In this document: positions 11,665 to 25,664 of the stretch, one piece after another
Layout: the number at the start of each line of letters is the position of its first letter
Position numbering within the stretch: position 1 is the first letter of the stretch
Assembly: GCF_004010195.1 (NCBI RefSeq)
Contig: NC_057750.1
Span: 2,046,929-2,110,928 of the forward strand
Reading direction: 5' to 3'
Source of the DNA: Chiloscyllium plagiosum
Lineage: Eukaryota
DNA length: 64,000 nucleotides
Notes under the pieces: model-generated
What the model was told of the DNA's origin: nothing
The model's input: the letters and a program-made list of their open reading frames with translations, nothing else
Database searches by the model: none
Program-made: the position numbers and the translations under genes

Positions 11665-14530
11665 TCAGAGTCGTACAGTATCAAAATAGGCCCTTCAGCC
11701 CACCATGTCATTGCCAACCAACAAACTACACTAATCCCATTTACCTCCGCTTGGGTCCATAGCTATCATTGCCTTGGCATTTTAAGTGCTTATCCAGATT
11801 CTTAAATGTTGCAAGAATACGTGTCTCCACAATAATCTCAGGCAGCGCATTCCATATTCCTAACAACTTCTGAGTGAGAAAATCTTTCTCCAATCTTCTC
11901 TAAACCACCTACTCCTCAGCTTAATCTTATGCCCTTTGGCCTTAGACACATCTGCCATGTGGAAGAGATTTTCATGATCTACCCTGTCTATGCCTTAGAT
12001 AATTTTGTATACCTCAATCAGACTCTGCTTCCTCTCAGCCTCCTCTGCTCCAGGGAACACAAACCCAATCTATTCAGTCTCTCATAACTGAGAATTCCAT
12101 CCCAGGCAACATCCTGATGACTCTGCTCTGCACCCTCTCCAGTGCAATCATGTCCTCCTGATAGTGTGGTGACCAGGATAGCGCACAGCATTCCATTTAT
12201 GACCTAACGAATGTTTTATAAAGCTGCAACAAGACTTCCTTGCTCATATATTCTACACCCTGGCATGTATGCCACCTTCACCACCCTATCTATATGTGTT
12301 GACCCCTTCAGGGATGTATAGACTTGTACATGAAGGTCCCTTTGTTCCTCTGTGCACCGTAAGGACCTACTGTTATTAGCTGGCCTAAAATACAACACCT
12401 CGCACTTATCAAATTCCATGTGCCATTGCTCTGCTCAATTTACCAGCTGATCGTTATCAGTATGTAACCTGAGACTATCCTCCTCGCTCTCAATAAGGTC
12501 ACCAATTTTTGTCATCTGCCAACTTACTAATCATACCTTCTCCATTCCCATCCAAGTTGTTAATGTACATAAGAAACAGCAAAGGTCCCAGCACTGATCC
12601 CTATGGTACATCGCTGGTCACAGGCTTCCAATCACAAAAACACCTCTTCACCATCATCCTTTACTTCCATTTTACAAGCCAATTTGGATCCAATTTGCTG
12701 ACTTGCTTTGGATCCTGTGGGCTCTTACATTTGGACCAGCCTTCCATATGAGACATTGTCAAAAGTCTTACTGAACTCTGTATGAATCACATAAACTGCA
12801 TTACCCTCATCAATATATTTAGTTACCTTTTCAAAACAACTCGACTAAATTAGTCCGGCAAGATCTACCTCTAACAAATCAATGTTGACTATCTCTGATC
12901 AATCCCTGCTTTTCCAAACTTTGATTAATCCTGTCCCTCAGAATTTTTTCCAATAATTTCCCTACCACTGACATCAGGTCTGTAATTACCTATCCCTATC
13001 CCTGCAGTCCTCCTTCCTGTCATCTCGCACTTCACCAGTTGCCAGTGAAGTATTAAATAACTCCGCCAACAATCTCCTGCCTTCCCTTCCAGAGCAGCCT
13101 GCAGTGCATCTCATCAGACTCTGGAGATTTATGTACATTTGTGCCTACTAAAACATATAATACCTCCTCTTTATTAAATCGTAACATCACCATCCAAACT
13201 GAAACCCACAGCTATAATGTCTTTCTCCTCTGAGTTAAAATCAAACAACACCAGGTTATAGTCCAACAGGTTTACTTGGAAGCATGAGCTTTCAGAATGC
13301 TGCTGAGCTACTGAAATGTTTCTCAACCCCACTCCTACCTTTCTTCTCTAACCCCTGATTCCCTTACTAATCAATAACCTATCTATCTCTGTCGTAAATC
13401 CACCCAATAACTGGCCTCCATACCTCTTCGCAGCAATGTGTTCCACAGAGTCCCCACCCTCTGGCTGAAGAAATTCCTCCTCATCTCAGTTCTAAAGGGT
13501 CATCCCTTCACTCTGAGGCTGTGCCCTCAGGCCTTAGACTCTGCTAATAGTGAAAACATCTTCTCCGTGTGCACTCTATCCAGGCCTGTCAGTATTCTGT
13601 AAATTTCAATCAGAACACCCCCCACCCATCCGACCACCCACCTCCAGTCGAGTCCTCAACTGCTCTCATATGACAAGCCTTTCATCCTCTGGAACATTCT
13701 TGTAAACCTCCTCTGTTCCCCCCTCCCCCCACTAACACCAGCACATCCTCCCTTAAATACGGGGTCTAAAATTGGTCAGAATATTGCAAATGTCATCTGA
13801 CCAGAGCCTGATACATCTTCAGCAGTACATCTCTTCCAAACGCTCCTCTGTTGGCAGCCCTACCTCCATCTATCAGGGCCTTGAGCTAGTGCTTCCCCAA
13901 TCGTTTCCCTCGGTAGCCACATTTTGGGGCTTCGAAATTGCCTCAACCCATTGAGAAGACCCCCTTGGCAAGAATGGGGTGAGGGGGGGAGTTGAGGAGG
14001 GCCTGTGAAATTGGGGGCCTGTCTATTCAAGCAGAAGTACAACAGCTAGTCGAGTTCAGCCAGGGATTCGCTGCAGCCATTGCTGCCTTAAGAGTTCACA
14101 GCTCTGAAATTCCAGCTCTCAACCCCTTTTGGGGATCCCAACTCCCACTTTGGAATGCCTTGTCCTAAAATAAGAATTCCCACCATAAATCTCTTTCCTG
14201 ATTGGTTCTTAAAAGGAAAACAGCCAATATATTTAGAGTCACACAGCACGGAAACAGATCCTTCTGTCCAGTTCATCCATCCCAACCAGACACCCAATCT
14301 AATCTAGGTCCATTTGCTAGCATTTGGCTCATATCCCTCTAAATCGTCCTATTCATTTACCCATCCAAATGCCTTTTAAATGTTGTAATTGTACCAGCCT
14401 CCACCACTTCCTCTGGCAGCTCATTCCATACACGTACCACCCTCTTCATGGAAACAGTGACCCTCCGGTCCTTTTTTTTTAAATTTTTCCCCTCTCACCT
14501 TACTCAATGCCCTGTAATTTTGGATTACCC
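11665..14530 (-). mobile_element. Cluster of minus-strand CR1 fragments (~11665-13230, 13320-13835, 14233-14530)
   Basis: Degenerate RT and 3' end motifs (TCATCTGCCAACTT, CCCAGCACTGATCCC, GGCAACATCCT). Confidence 0.75.
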
Positions 14531-14619
14531 AGCCATTTGACCAACTTTTTAGTCATCCATTCTCACATGTACAGGGTTAAAGACAGGATTCTTGTCAGTG
14601 TGGAGAACAAACAAAAAAA

Positions 14620-16565
14620 AACAGAGAAAATTACAGCACAGGAAGCCTGCGCTGATCCAGATACTCTATCTAAGCTGGTTGCCTATTTTCTAAGGATCTG
14701 TATCCCTCTGCTCCCTGACAGACACAAATCTGTCTAGATACATCTTAAGTGATGTCATCGTGCCCATCTCTACCACCTCCGCTGGCAACATGTTCCAGGC
14801 ACCCACCACCCCTCTGCATAAAGAACTTATCATGCATAGCTCCCTTAAACCTTTTCCCTCCTACCTTCAACTTGTGACCCCCAGTAATTGAGACCCCCCC
14901 CCCGCGTAAAGGCTTCTTGCTATCCACCGTGTCTATACCCCTGATGATTTTGTTGACCTCAATCAGGTTCCCCCTCAACCTTTTGTCTTTCTAATGGAAA
15001 TAATCCTAATCTATTAAACCTCTCTTCATAGCTAGCGCCCTCCATACCAGACAACATCCTTGTGAACTTCCTCTGCTCACTCTCCAAAGCATCCACATCC
15101 TTGTGGTAACGTGGCCTGGGATAAATCCCATCCAGACCCTGGCACTTGTCCACCTTACTACCTTTTAGAATACCCAACACTTCCTCCCTCCTTATGCCGA
15201 CTTGACCTCGAGTAATCAAACATCTATCCCGAACCTCAACATTTATCATGTTCCTCTTGGTGAATACCGATGCAAAGCGTTCATTAAGAATCTTGCCCAT
15301 TTTTTCTGACTCCCTGCATAACTTTCCTCCTTTGTCCTTGAGTGGGCCAATCCTTTCTCTGTCAGAACTGGTCCTAATGTCCCAAAAATCTGAATCCCTC
15401 TCTCCTGCACCACATCTCAAGCCATCCTGAATATTCTTTCATTTCTACTCTGACTAGCACGTGGCACTGGTAGCCATCCTTAGATTACTATTTCTGAGGT
15501 CCTACTTTTTAAGTTGGCTCCTAACTCCCTAAATTCTGCTTGTAGGACCTCCTCCCATTTTTTTACCTATATCGTTGGTGCCTGTATGCACCATGACAGC
15601 TGGCTGTTCACCTTCCCCCTTCAGAATGTTCGCAGGCGATCTGAGGCATCCCTGACCCGTGCACCTGGGAAGCAACATACCTTTCGGGAGTCTTGTTTTT
15701 GACCACAGAATCGCCTATCTACTCCCCTTACAATAGAATCCCCCATGACTATAGCTATTCCACTCTTTTATCCCACCCTTCAGAGCCAGCCACGGTGCCA
15801 TGAACCTGGTTACCGCTGCCTTCCCTTGATGAGCCACCTCTCCCAACAGTATCCAAAACGGTAATCAAGAGATGACCGCAGGGGACACCTGCACTGCCTT
15901 CCTCCTATTTCCCTGCCTTTTGGTCACCCGTTCCCTTTCTCCCTCAGCACTCCTAATCCGCGGTGTGACCACTTTGATGAACGTGCAATTCACATCCTCC
16001 ATAGAATTGCAGATGCTCCAAAGTGAGTCCATCCGCAGCTCCAGAGCCAACATGCGGTCTAACAAGAGCTGCAACTGGACACACTTCCTGCACGTGAAGG
16101 AGTCACGGACATCAGCCGTGTCCCTGAGCTCTCTCATTGAGCAAGAGAAGCATAACGTGGGTCTGAGATCTCCTGCCATTTTTACTCTTAAACTTAACTT
16201 AGTCGAACTATAATATCAAATAATAGATAAATGAATAGAGCAAAAAAGAAAAATTTTCACCAATCACGTGATAAAAAAGGAGAAAAATCTTACTGTATCA
16301 ACACATCAGTTTTTTTAGTTAGAGGAGGAGGGCAGATGGGAGATACTACATGTGTAGTGTCTGAGGTTCAGACGCTGACCAAATATATCAGTTCACTCAC
16401 CTTCCCAGAGCGCCATTTAAACACACCCACTCAGCTCCTCATTCTCACTGCTTCCGCTGCTGCAACATGGAGGCTGCTGACTCTTGAGGTAAGTAATTTT
16501 AGAGGGAAATTTATCTTGCCGGCAGCCCCCTGCTCCTCGTTTACATCGCTCCTGCTGCTGCCACA
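14620..16565 (-). mobile_element. Internally deleted CR1 LINE retaining 5' UTR, ORF1 N-terminus and 3' end
   Basis: ORF 16179-15865 has CxxC...CxxC plus a leucine-rich heptad, typical of CR1 ORF1. It is followed by discontinuous ORF1/ORF2 pieces and the RT C-terminus (14978-14745). Interrupts a + strand CR1. Confidence 0.8.
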
Positions 16566-16569
16566 AAAG

Positions 16570-17430
16570 GTACAGTGGGATCTTGGGGTCCACGTACATA
16601 GAACCCTCAACATTGCCACCCCATTGATAGGGTTGTTAAGATGATGTATGTTTCAGCTTTCATTAACAGGGGAATTGAGTTTAAGTGCGGTGAGGTTTTG
16701 CTGCAGCTCTATAAAACTCTGGTTAGACTACACATGGAATATTGTGCCCAGTTCTGGTCGTCTCATTATAGGAAGGATGTAGATGCTTTAGAGAGGGTGC
16801 AGAGGAGATTTACCAGGATGCTGCCTGGATTGGTGGGTTCCCCTTCTGAAATGAGGTTGAGTGAGCTAGGGCTTTTCACACTGGAGAGAAGAAGGAAGAG
16901 AGGTGACTTGATAGAGGTGTACAATACTCCACATCCACCTGATGAAGGAGCAGTGCTCTGAAAGCTAGTGCTTCCAATTACACCTGTTGAACTATAACCT
17001 GCTGGTGTGTGATTTTTAACAAGATAATGAGAGGCATAGATAGCCAGAGACTTTTCCTCAGGGTAGAACTGTCTGTCAAGAGAGGTTATTAGATTACTTA
17101 CAGTGTGGAAACAGGCCCTTCAGCCCAACAGGTCCACACCGACCCGCCGAAGCGCAACCCACCCACAACCCCACATCCACCCCTTACCTAACACTACTGG
17201 CAATTTAGCATGGCCAATTCACCTGACCTGCAGAGAGTGGTGGGTGCGTGGAATGCTCTGCCAGCAGTGGTGGTAGAGTCAGAGACATGAGGGACATTTA
17301 AGCAACTGCTGGACAAACACATGGATGGCAGTAAATTGAGGCGTGTGTACGTTAGGTTGATCTTAGATTAAGAGAAGTGCTTGGCACAACAACGTGGGTC
17401 GAATGGCCTGTACTGTATGTTCTATGTTCT
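16570..17430 (+). mobile_element. CR1 LINE 3' fragment containing nested PLE (16925-17020) and SINE-tail (17087-17230) insertions
   Basis: ORF LYKTLVRLHMEYCAQFWS...ERVQRRFTRMLPGL and a TATGTTCTATGTTCT tail. Confidence 0.85.
16936..16970 (+). ncRNA. Minimal type I hammerhead ribozyme motif (PLE family B)
   Basis: CAC-CTGATGA-A-GGAGC agt GCTCT-GAAA-GCTA-GTG: stem I CAC/GTG, 5-bp stem II, stem III reduced to the AGCT palindrome, CUA cleavage triplet. Confidence 0.7.
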
Positions 17431-17584
17431 GTGTCCTTCAGGTTTAAATTTTCTCACCTTTTACAACACTTGTTTGAAATACCTTGGTGCTGACAGTGGG
17501 TGACTGTTCATGAGCTCTCTGCAGCAAATCTTATTCTCACATTTTTTACAACCATTCCACACTTTGAGCCCTCAATTCAGAGTC

Positions 17585-17809
17585 TGAAAAAATTACTAAT
17601 AGTGTTCTCCTGAATCTCTAATTTCAAATCTAATGTTGACCTTGCTTTGTGCACCTCCTGTTCAGCTGTAACTTTGTATGCCTCACTCCGTCTGAATGCC
17701 GTATGATCGTATGTCCTTGCATGGTATGATCTGTCTGTACTGCATGCGAAACACAGTTTTTCACTGTACTTGGGTAGATGTGACATCAATAAATCAAATC
17801 AAATCAAAT
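17585..17809 (+). mobile_element. Non-LTR retroelement 3' end (Rex1/Babar-like) with (AAATC)n tail
   Basis: TTTTCACTGTAC...GTGACATCAATAAATCAAATCAAATCAAAT terminus. Confidence 0.45.
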
Positions 17810-18169
17810 GAAGTTAAAGGTTTTCCAACAATGCAAACTGTCCTTGGGGACAAAAAATTAAATGATCTCTCTGCAGTCCTGTGTGCTGCATTGTTCCTCA
17901 GCCCAGTTCTTAGACCTGGTATTGTATTGGACTGTAACTAATTGGTCATGCTTTAGTGTCAGTATTTTTTCTTTAACTCGGGTGGAGGGGAATCTATGAC
18001 TCAGGTTGTTAGTTGTGAAAGGAACCATTTGGGCTCTCAGTTTCTGTTTGTTTCAGTCATGACGCAAAAACACAATTGACTTGAACAAAATAATTCCTCT
18101 CAAGACAAAACCTGTCTTGATTGTCTGTAGAATAAAGTGGCGTGAATTATGCTTCAATAACAACCTTAT

Positions 18170-19020
18170 TTGCTATCTTTAGCAAAGATAGCATCTTTAA
18201 TGTAACAAAATGTCCCAAAGTATTTCATAGGAGAATTATCAAAGTATGACATTCCATTGCACGAGATATCTGATCAAATGACTAAAAGCTTGGTCGTGGA
18301 GGTAGGTTTTATGAAGTGCCTTGTGGAAGAAAGCAAGGTAAAGAAGACTGGATGTACAGGGAGAGTAGTCTGGGCAGTGTAAGAAGTCGCTATGGTTGAT
18401 GGAGTAATTGAAATCAAATATGTTCAAGATCCGAACTAGAGGAGTGGAGAGTTTGTGGAGAGTTGTAACACTGGAGGTCATGGTGATAGGGAGAGGGAAA
18501 GCCATGGAGGCATTGCAAAATATAAAGATAAGAATTTTAAAATCATGATTTTGCTTGCCTAGCAGCCAGTAAAGCAAGGGGACTTGGCATGAGTGCAGTC
18601 TCTGGGCAGCAGAGCTTCTGATAATCTCCAATCTCTGGAGGCTAGAACATGGCAGTTTGGCCAAAGTATCATTGGAATAGTCGTCTCACATGGTAGCAAA
18701 GGTACACACAAGAGGTTTTCAGCAACAGGTGAACTGAAATGGGGTAAAGTTGCCCAATGTCACGGGAGTAGAAATGGGCCATCTTAATAATGCATGCATA
18801 TCAGGTTGGAGGCTCAGTTCTAGGTCAGAGGTGACACAAAGTTGCTAAACTGATCAGTTTAATACCAGGAGTCCATTTGTAGGGATTTTGGAACAAGGAA
18901 TGAAAGCAATGGTTATGGTCTTCATAATATTTAATTGGAGGAAATTGTTGCTCATCCTGTACAGTGTGTCTGATGCTCCGCCTGAGAGTTCAGCAACTGT
19001 GGAGGAGTCTAGAGAGGTTT
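18170..19020 (-). mobile_element. L2-type LINE 3' fragment (similar remnants at ~4075-4420 and ~34950-35330)
   Basis: Minus peptide AKLPCSSLQRLEIIRSSAA resembles the L2 ORF2 C-terminal LAGLP...LQLIQNSAA motif. Confidence 0.6.
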
Positions 19021-19989
19021 CGAGGAAGTATTGTGTTGTTTGGGCTTCCTCGCAATCCCCTTGGTGCCTTACTGTTTGATGACTCAGTATAGTTTCATCA
19101 TCCTTTTATTCCCTTGTTTCACACTTTGCACCACAATGTGTAATGCAGTGTTTCACAGTGTTCATTGCTTTTCACCATTGTTAATTCCTGTTTTCTCACA
19201 CCTGTGGAAAATGAGTTTTGTCAATGAATCAGTCTGTGCAAATATAATTTAACACTGTGTGTTTACGTTTGCACACTTCCTGCCCAATTTCCTGTTATCG
19301 TTTTTGGACAGGCTTTTAGAAAGAGGAAAGAACAAACCTCCATTTCTGTTACGCCTCTCAAAACCTCAGCCAAATTGGTGCCTTAGTCACTTCATTTTTC
19401 TGAATTGTAATCATTGTTAGGTTGGATATGGGGGAAATATCATCTTCTAGCTGACCTGATTTCCAGATTATGCTGGGATCAGGTATAATCTCTCATGTTT
19501 TAAAGAGCCCTTGGGTATCTTGCCCCTCTCAGCTGTGGCTCACAGGCTATCACTATTGCCTCTGAGTCAGAAAGTTATTGGTTTGAGTCCTGTTCCAGAG
19601 ATGTTAGCATAATCTCCCAGGATGATGCTTCCAGTGCAGAATTGAGGGATTGCTGTGCAGAAGCGCTGACCTTTTGGGTGAGACTGTAAGCTAACTGCTC
19701 AAACATTAGAGAATTAGGAAGTAGCATGCTGTAGGTCTGCCATCCTGGAAAAGCATGAAAGATCCTTGAACACTATTTCAGAGAAGAGCAGACACGTTCT
19801 CCACAATGTTCTGGCGGGAATATTTATCCAATCAATATTATTGAATAACACTTTATCTTGGAGCTTGCTGTGTGAGATTTTCCATTGTTACAAACTGGGC
19901 TGGTTTTCAAGGGGTATTTCGTTAGTTGCAAAGTATTCTGGGTTGCAGAAGACACTATAGAAATGCAGTCCATATTTGGAATCTAATAA

Positions 19990-20870
19990 TCCTAGAGACA
20001 TACAGCATGGAAACAGACCCTGTCATCCTTGCTGACCAGATATCCCAATCCAATCTAGTTCCACCTGCCATCACCCGACCCATATCCCTCCAAACCTTTT
20101 CCATTTCATATACCCATCCAGAGGCCTTTTAAATGTTGCACTTGTACTAGCCTCCACCACTTCCTTTGGCAGCCCATTCCACACATGCACCACCCTCTGT
20201 ATGAAAAAATTGCCCTTAGGTCTGTTTTATATCTTCCCCCTGTCACCCTAAATCTATGCTTTCTAATTCTGGACTTCCCCAGCCTAGGGAAAAGACTTTG
20301 TCTATTTACCCTATCCATGCCTCCCTCATGATTTTATAAACCTCTATAAGGTCATCCCTCAGCCCCAACGCTCCAAGGAAAACAGCCCTAGTCTATTCAA
20401 TCTCTCCCTATAGCTCAAATCCCCCAAACCTGGCAACATACTTTTCTGAATCCTTTCAAGTTTCACAACATCCTATTGATAGGAAGAAGACCAGAATTGC
20501 GTGCAATATTCCAAAAGTGACCTAACCAATGTCCTGTACAGATGTAATATGACCTACCAACTCCTATACTAAATTCTCTGACCAATAAAGGAAAGCATAC
20601 CAAATGCCTCCTTCACTATCCTATCTACGTGCGACTCCACCTTTGAGGCATTATGAACGTGCACTCCAAGGTCTCTTTGTTCAGCAACACTCCAGAGGAC
20701 CTTACCATTAAGCATATAAGTCCTGCTAAGATTTGCTTTCCCAAAATGCAGTACCTCACATTTATCTGAATTAAACTCCATCTGCCACTCCTCAGCCCAT
20801 TGGCCCATCTGATCAAGATGCCATTGTTATCTGAGGGAACCTTCTTCTCTGTCCTCTACATCTCCAATTT
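19990..20870 (-). mobile_element. CR1 LINE 3' fragment
   Basis: Minus ORF MGQWAEEWQMEFNSDKCEVLHFG... Confidence 0.9.
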
Positions 20871-22789
20871 TCTTTTAAATCATGTAGCAATACTTTGAAG
20901 TTTAGTCAAACAGCACTGACGCCCCTGAGCATATACCTGTATACATGCTTTAGAACCTGGAACTAGCACTTTTCTATCAAAATGAGGATTTTACTTATTG
21001 AACAATAGGCAGTTTCACAGTCTTGACTTTTTAAGAATACTTGATACATTGTTTGATACATATGGCTGCACTAGCTTTGCTCATGAGTTGCTGTTCTGCA
21101 GCAAAACATTGGTTCATATCCTGTTGTTCCCTTACGATCTCTTCTGAAGGATGATTCCCAACAGTTTTAAAGTTATACAAAGAACATTGCCTAAGGTCTC
21201 TGGCATCTTGTTCACTCTCTTGCTTCTTGTCAATGCTGTTCTGAATAGTAATTTTCTTGCATTCATGAAAATGGTTCCACTGGCTTGTCCAAAATTGCTC
21301 CTTCAATAAATATGATCAATAACAGAGATTTTCATTTGTATGGTACAGCTTGACCATCCCATTTCCTGCATTACAACGTTAGCAGCCTTCCATCATGAAT
21401 GACAGCAGGTTGTTCTGTGTTGGTCAACTCTGCATTAAGTATTACCTGTTGCAGCTCAGGGTCTCTACTCCAGCATGTCATCCATTGCTGCTGTTGCCGC
21501 AGATGAAGACAGTGGCCTGAGAAGGTGCAAGATTTACTGGCTTCCGTAGTCTCTGGGTCCACTTGGCCGGCTGAACTACGTGACTCTTCTTTCCAACTCC
21601 AGTGCCCCACCAGACTGTCATCCTCCAGTAATGGCAGCAGTCAGAAACTCTCTCTCCCTGTTGTCTGGATCAGTTCCTGTCATCTTCATATATCACTGAG
21701 ATGTCCTTGCAGTAAAGGTGTGGATATCCAGGAAGTAATGACCCTTTGATCAAAACACCCTCCAAGAAGCTTTTTCATTAACAGCTATCATCTGTCCAAT
21801 AACCTGGTTGAGCTATTGCAAGCAAAAGGTGTTTAGCATTGAGTGTGCATTAGTGGAATTAGCAAGCTGTCAGACCTCTGAATGCATGAACCCTCCCTGC
21901 AGAGAGATGCTGAGGAGACAGCTGAGTCAGTGAAGGTGGAAACTATTCAGCTTTTTCTCTCATTTAGCACTTTCTCTCATTTACCATACAGGAGTACGCT
22001 GAAGGCCCAGGCATGGTAAGGATACCTGTTTAGTGTTGCCAGATAATGTTCTACACTGTCTTAATCAGCTTGAACAGCTATATTTCAAAAGGTACATCAC
22101 TGGCTGTTAAGTGTTTTGGGCAATCCTTGATAGGGCTTGTCAACCTTCCTCGAGTGGCAAGGAGCCAACTGGAATTGACATCAATCTCCTGGTGTCGAAA
22201 TAAAACATTCCAAGAGATTTAAAGCCACATTTGACATGGACATCATTAAGAACTGATCTCACTTGTTTCCAATGCCTGTCAATTCTTATGCAAGTTGTTG
22301 TTGGCCTTATTATTCCATGGCATGGAATAAAAGAGAAGGCAGTCCTAGTCCTGAGGATGTGAAAGTAGCTAAAGGAATGCATGTATTACTTTCACTTTTC
22401 TGACATAAATCCATATTATTTTACTTAAATCTTAACAAACTTTGCAAGGATTAAACAGTTTGCTTTTTAATAAACTTATCTAACCATTACATCAAGTGAG
22501 GTTCTGACAACAGCTGTTCTGGGGATCTTTTATTTGCTCTGATCAAATGTTGTCATGTTTGAGTTTGAACAAACAATGCAGGAGAGAAACTTTTGGATCA
22601 GCTTTATAGAAAGCAAGACTTGCATTTCTGTAGCACCTGTTGTGACTTCACAATGTCCCAAAGAGCTTTATAACTGATGAAGCACTTTGAAATGTTGTCA
22701 TGATGTGCTAATGACCAGCTAGATAATCTGTTTAGTGATTGTTGATGGAGAGCTATGTATCCACCAGGGCAACAAGTAAAATAATCCAA

Positions 22790-23003
22790 CAAAAACAGAG
22801 ATCCTGGAGAAGCTGCGCAGTTCTGGCATTATCTGTGGAGAGAAAACAGAGTTAACGTTTTGAATTTCCAGTGACTGTTCAGCACACCACCCTTCTGAAA
22901 AAGGGTCACTGGACCCACATTAACTCTGTTTTCTCTCTCCATAGGTGCTGCCTGACATGCTAAGTTTCTTCAGTATTTGCATTTTTGCTACAGATTTCCA
23001 GCG
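22790..23003. mobile_element. Palindromic PLE-like mini-element (family D); related pieces at ~38860-38975 and ~54270-54400
   Basis: GGAGAGAAAACAGAGTTAA is inverted to TTAACTCTGTTTTCTCTC. Central CTGAAAAAGGGTCACTGGACCC remnant. Confidence 0.6.
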
Positions 23004-25664
23004 TCATCCATAGTTGTTTTTTTTTGGTTGAGGGAAAACATTCCTCCCATTCTTCAAAAAAGTGCTGTGATATCTTTTTATCTCCACTTGAGAGCAGGCA
23101 TTGCCTCGGTTTAAGTTCTCATCTGAAAGATGGTACTTGAAGTTTAAGACGTGCCTTGCTGGAACCAGGTGTGTCAGCACAGGTTTTTGTTCAAAGTCTC
23201 TGCTCTGGGATAACATAAACCCAATACCACAAGCCTTGAGTTTTGAAATGATATTTTCTCTTTCTCTTCCCTCATGTGAGCAAGTGAAGTTTTTAAGCTT
23301 GAAAACTGTGTGAAGGGAAGCCACCATGTGGGTTTCTGAATCTGGTGGAGTCTTGGCATAGCTTTAGCTGAATGTCTGATTGTGAAACTGGTTTCTTTTC
23401 AAACTGGAATGTGCAGATTCTGTGGTTTTCAAGCATATGGTTTCTAAAAGCCTGTGGCTACGTAACCAAGTTCCAGAACTGTTTGAGTATCTTTCCCTCA
23501 GCAATGACTAATGTAGGAACTTGTGAACCCACACAAATTCTGAGCTGTCAGCATTTTACTCTGGACTTTACTCTGAAGTTGTGTTGCAAGGGAGTCAGAG
23601 TCATACAGCATAGAAAAAGACTCTTTGGTTGAACCAGTCTATACCCACCATGTTGCCAAACTAAACTAGCTCCACTTACCTGCATTTGGCCCATATCCCT
23701 CCAAACCTTTCCTCTTCATGCACTTATCGAAATGTCTTCTAAACATTGTAACTGTACCTGCATCCACCACTTTCTATGGCAGTTCATTCCACTCATTAAC
23801 CCCTTTGTGTTTAAAAAAGTAAGAAATCACCCGATCCTGTGCCTGCCTTGCTCCCAGACACATTGAGATGGGTCGATGTTGAGTAAACCATACCATTATA
23901 GCTCACGGAACCCGTAGAAACCCAACAGTGTGGAAGCAGGCTGTTCAGCCCATTGAGTCCACACTGACCCTCTGAAGACTTTTGTGCCCAGACCCCGACC
24001 AGTTCTTGGTACTTACGATGAACAGCTTGTTGGTGCATGGCCACCTCCTTCACGAGGGCTTGGACTAATGGCAGATTGGAGAATCATGACCTTGCGTATG
24101 AATTGTGATGGGCCAGGGTTCCCAGGCACTGGCTCTTACGGGGACATGGGTCCCACAGTCGCTGACCTCCCTTCCTCTGTCCCTGACCAGCAACCTGTCT
24201 TCATGTCTGAATGTTGATAGCTTGGCTGACCTCTGCACTCAATCATCCTCAAGTTCACTTCATGGAGGGACCACAGTGGAGCAGCCTGAGCCTGATCAAC
24301 TCCATTGACCTGATTTTAACAGCAAAAATGTCCCCTACACACTTTCAACATGAGTGTTTAAGAAGGCCTCCCCATAGCATGAAAGAATAGCTGTTGTGTA
24401 GAACATGTTTTGTGTCTGGTGCCTGGGCTGATTGTTGACTTTCACATTGAAGTGCAAATTGCCGTAATTTGTCACTCTTCAGAGACTGCGTTCTGGAACT
24501 GGTTGTTTCAGGCCTAGTGCAGAAGTCCGGTTTGTTGCATTAGAAACTGGAATTTTTCAAATTCTTTATCTTGCCTGAACATCTTGGATGCAGTAAATGA
24601 ATTCGAAACACCGAACTATTGTAAGTTCAGTAGCCACTTTGCACACAGTAAGATCCAGTGCACAGAATCTGAGATGTGCCTGTATTCATACTGGTTGTGT
24701 GAGTGATATTGCCCTGAGGACCCAGAAAAATTCCTGATCCCCATCCAGTGTTGTCATTAGATCGTTATATTTTGCGCAGGTAATCACAGACTCTGGTTAT
24801 AATCTTATCTGAACAGTATTGTCTCAAGCTTTTCCACATATGTAGACCATGTAGATGAGGCCAAAGAGACCACAGTTGAGCCACCTGACCTGTCCATCTA
24901 TCTGTTCAATACTATCTACTTTCACTTGTCACTGTAAAAATAAAACACAACAGAATTAATGGAAACTATACGTAATGTGCTGCTTTTCACTACTAAATAA
25001 TTAAAACAGTGCAATTTTAAAAATACTATCATTGAAAGATATCACCTCATTGATACAACATTAATAATCAGCACTGAACTGTCATGTTGTCAAGATTACA
25101 TGCTGAAGACCTGCAGTGGAGTTTAACCTGCAGATTTGGAAAGTGAGTTAGGGACTTAATGAACTTAACTGTCGCTTCTGTTTGGATTGACCAAGATGAA
25201 TGATTGACATTTTGTGTGCTGGCCTCTCCTTATGTTCATTATCCTAATAGATTATTTGAGCAGTTACATTTTATTGTAGGTTCTGCTGTTAGATGGTTTT
25301 AACATTGTACTCACAGCATCAGCCTTCACCCACAATCCAACCTCAGTCTCTGAATATAAAAATGAAAGCTTCACCACCCACCTTCAGCGTCTGGATCAAG
25401 GAGTTGAATCCAACATTCGCTGAAGCAGTGAGGGCCTTGATGAAATCTGAAATCTGTCCTACTCCTTGTGGCAAACCTTGTGTTTATCCAAAGTCTAAAT
25501 CACCACATGACTTAGGAGCGGACATAGACCCTTTACCCCACTGAGTCTGTTCCACCCTTCACTGAGATCACGGCTAATTTGAATTTTTAATTCCACTGTC
25601 CTGCCTTATTTCCAAAATCCTCGATTTCCTTCCTGATTAAAAATATGTCTAAGTCGGCATTTTC

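Noticed and set aside
20905..22030. Possible old retroelement or pseudogene remnant
   Set aside because: No diagnostic motif I could identify with confidence; needs a translated database search.
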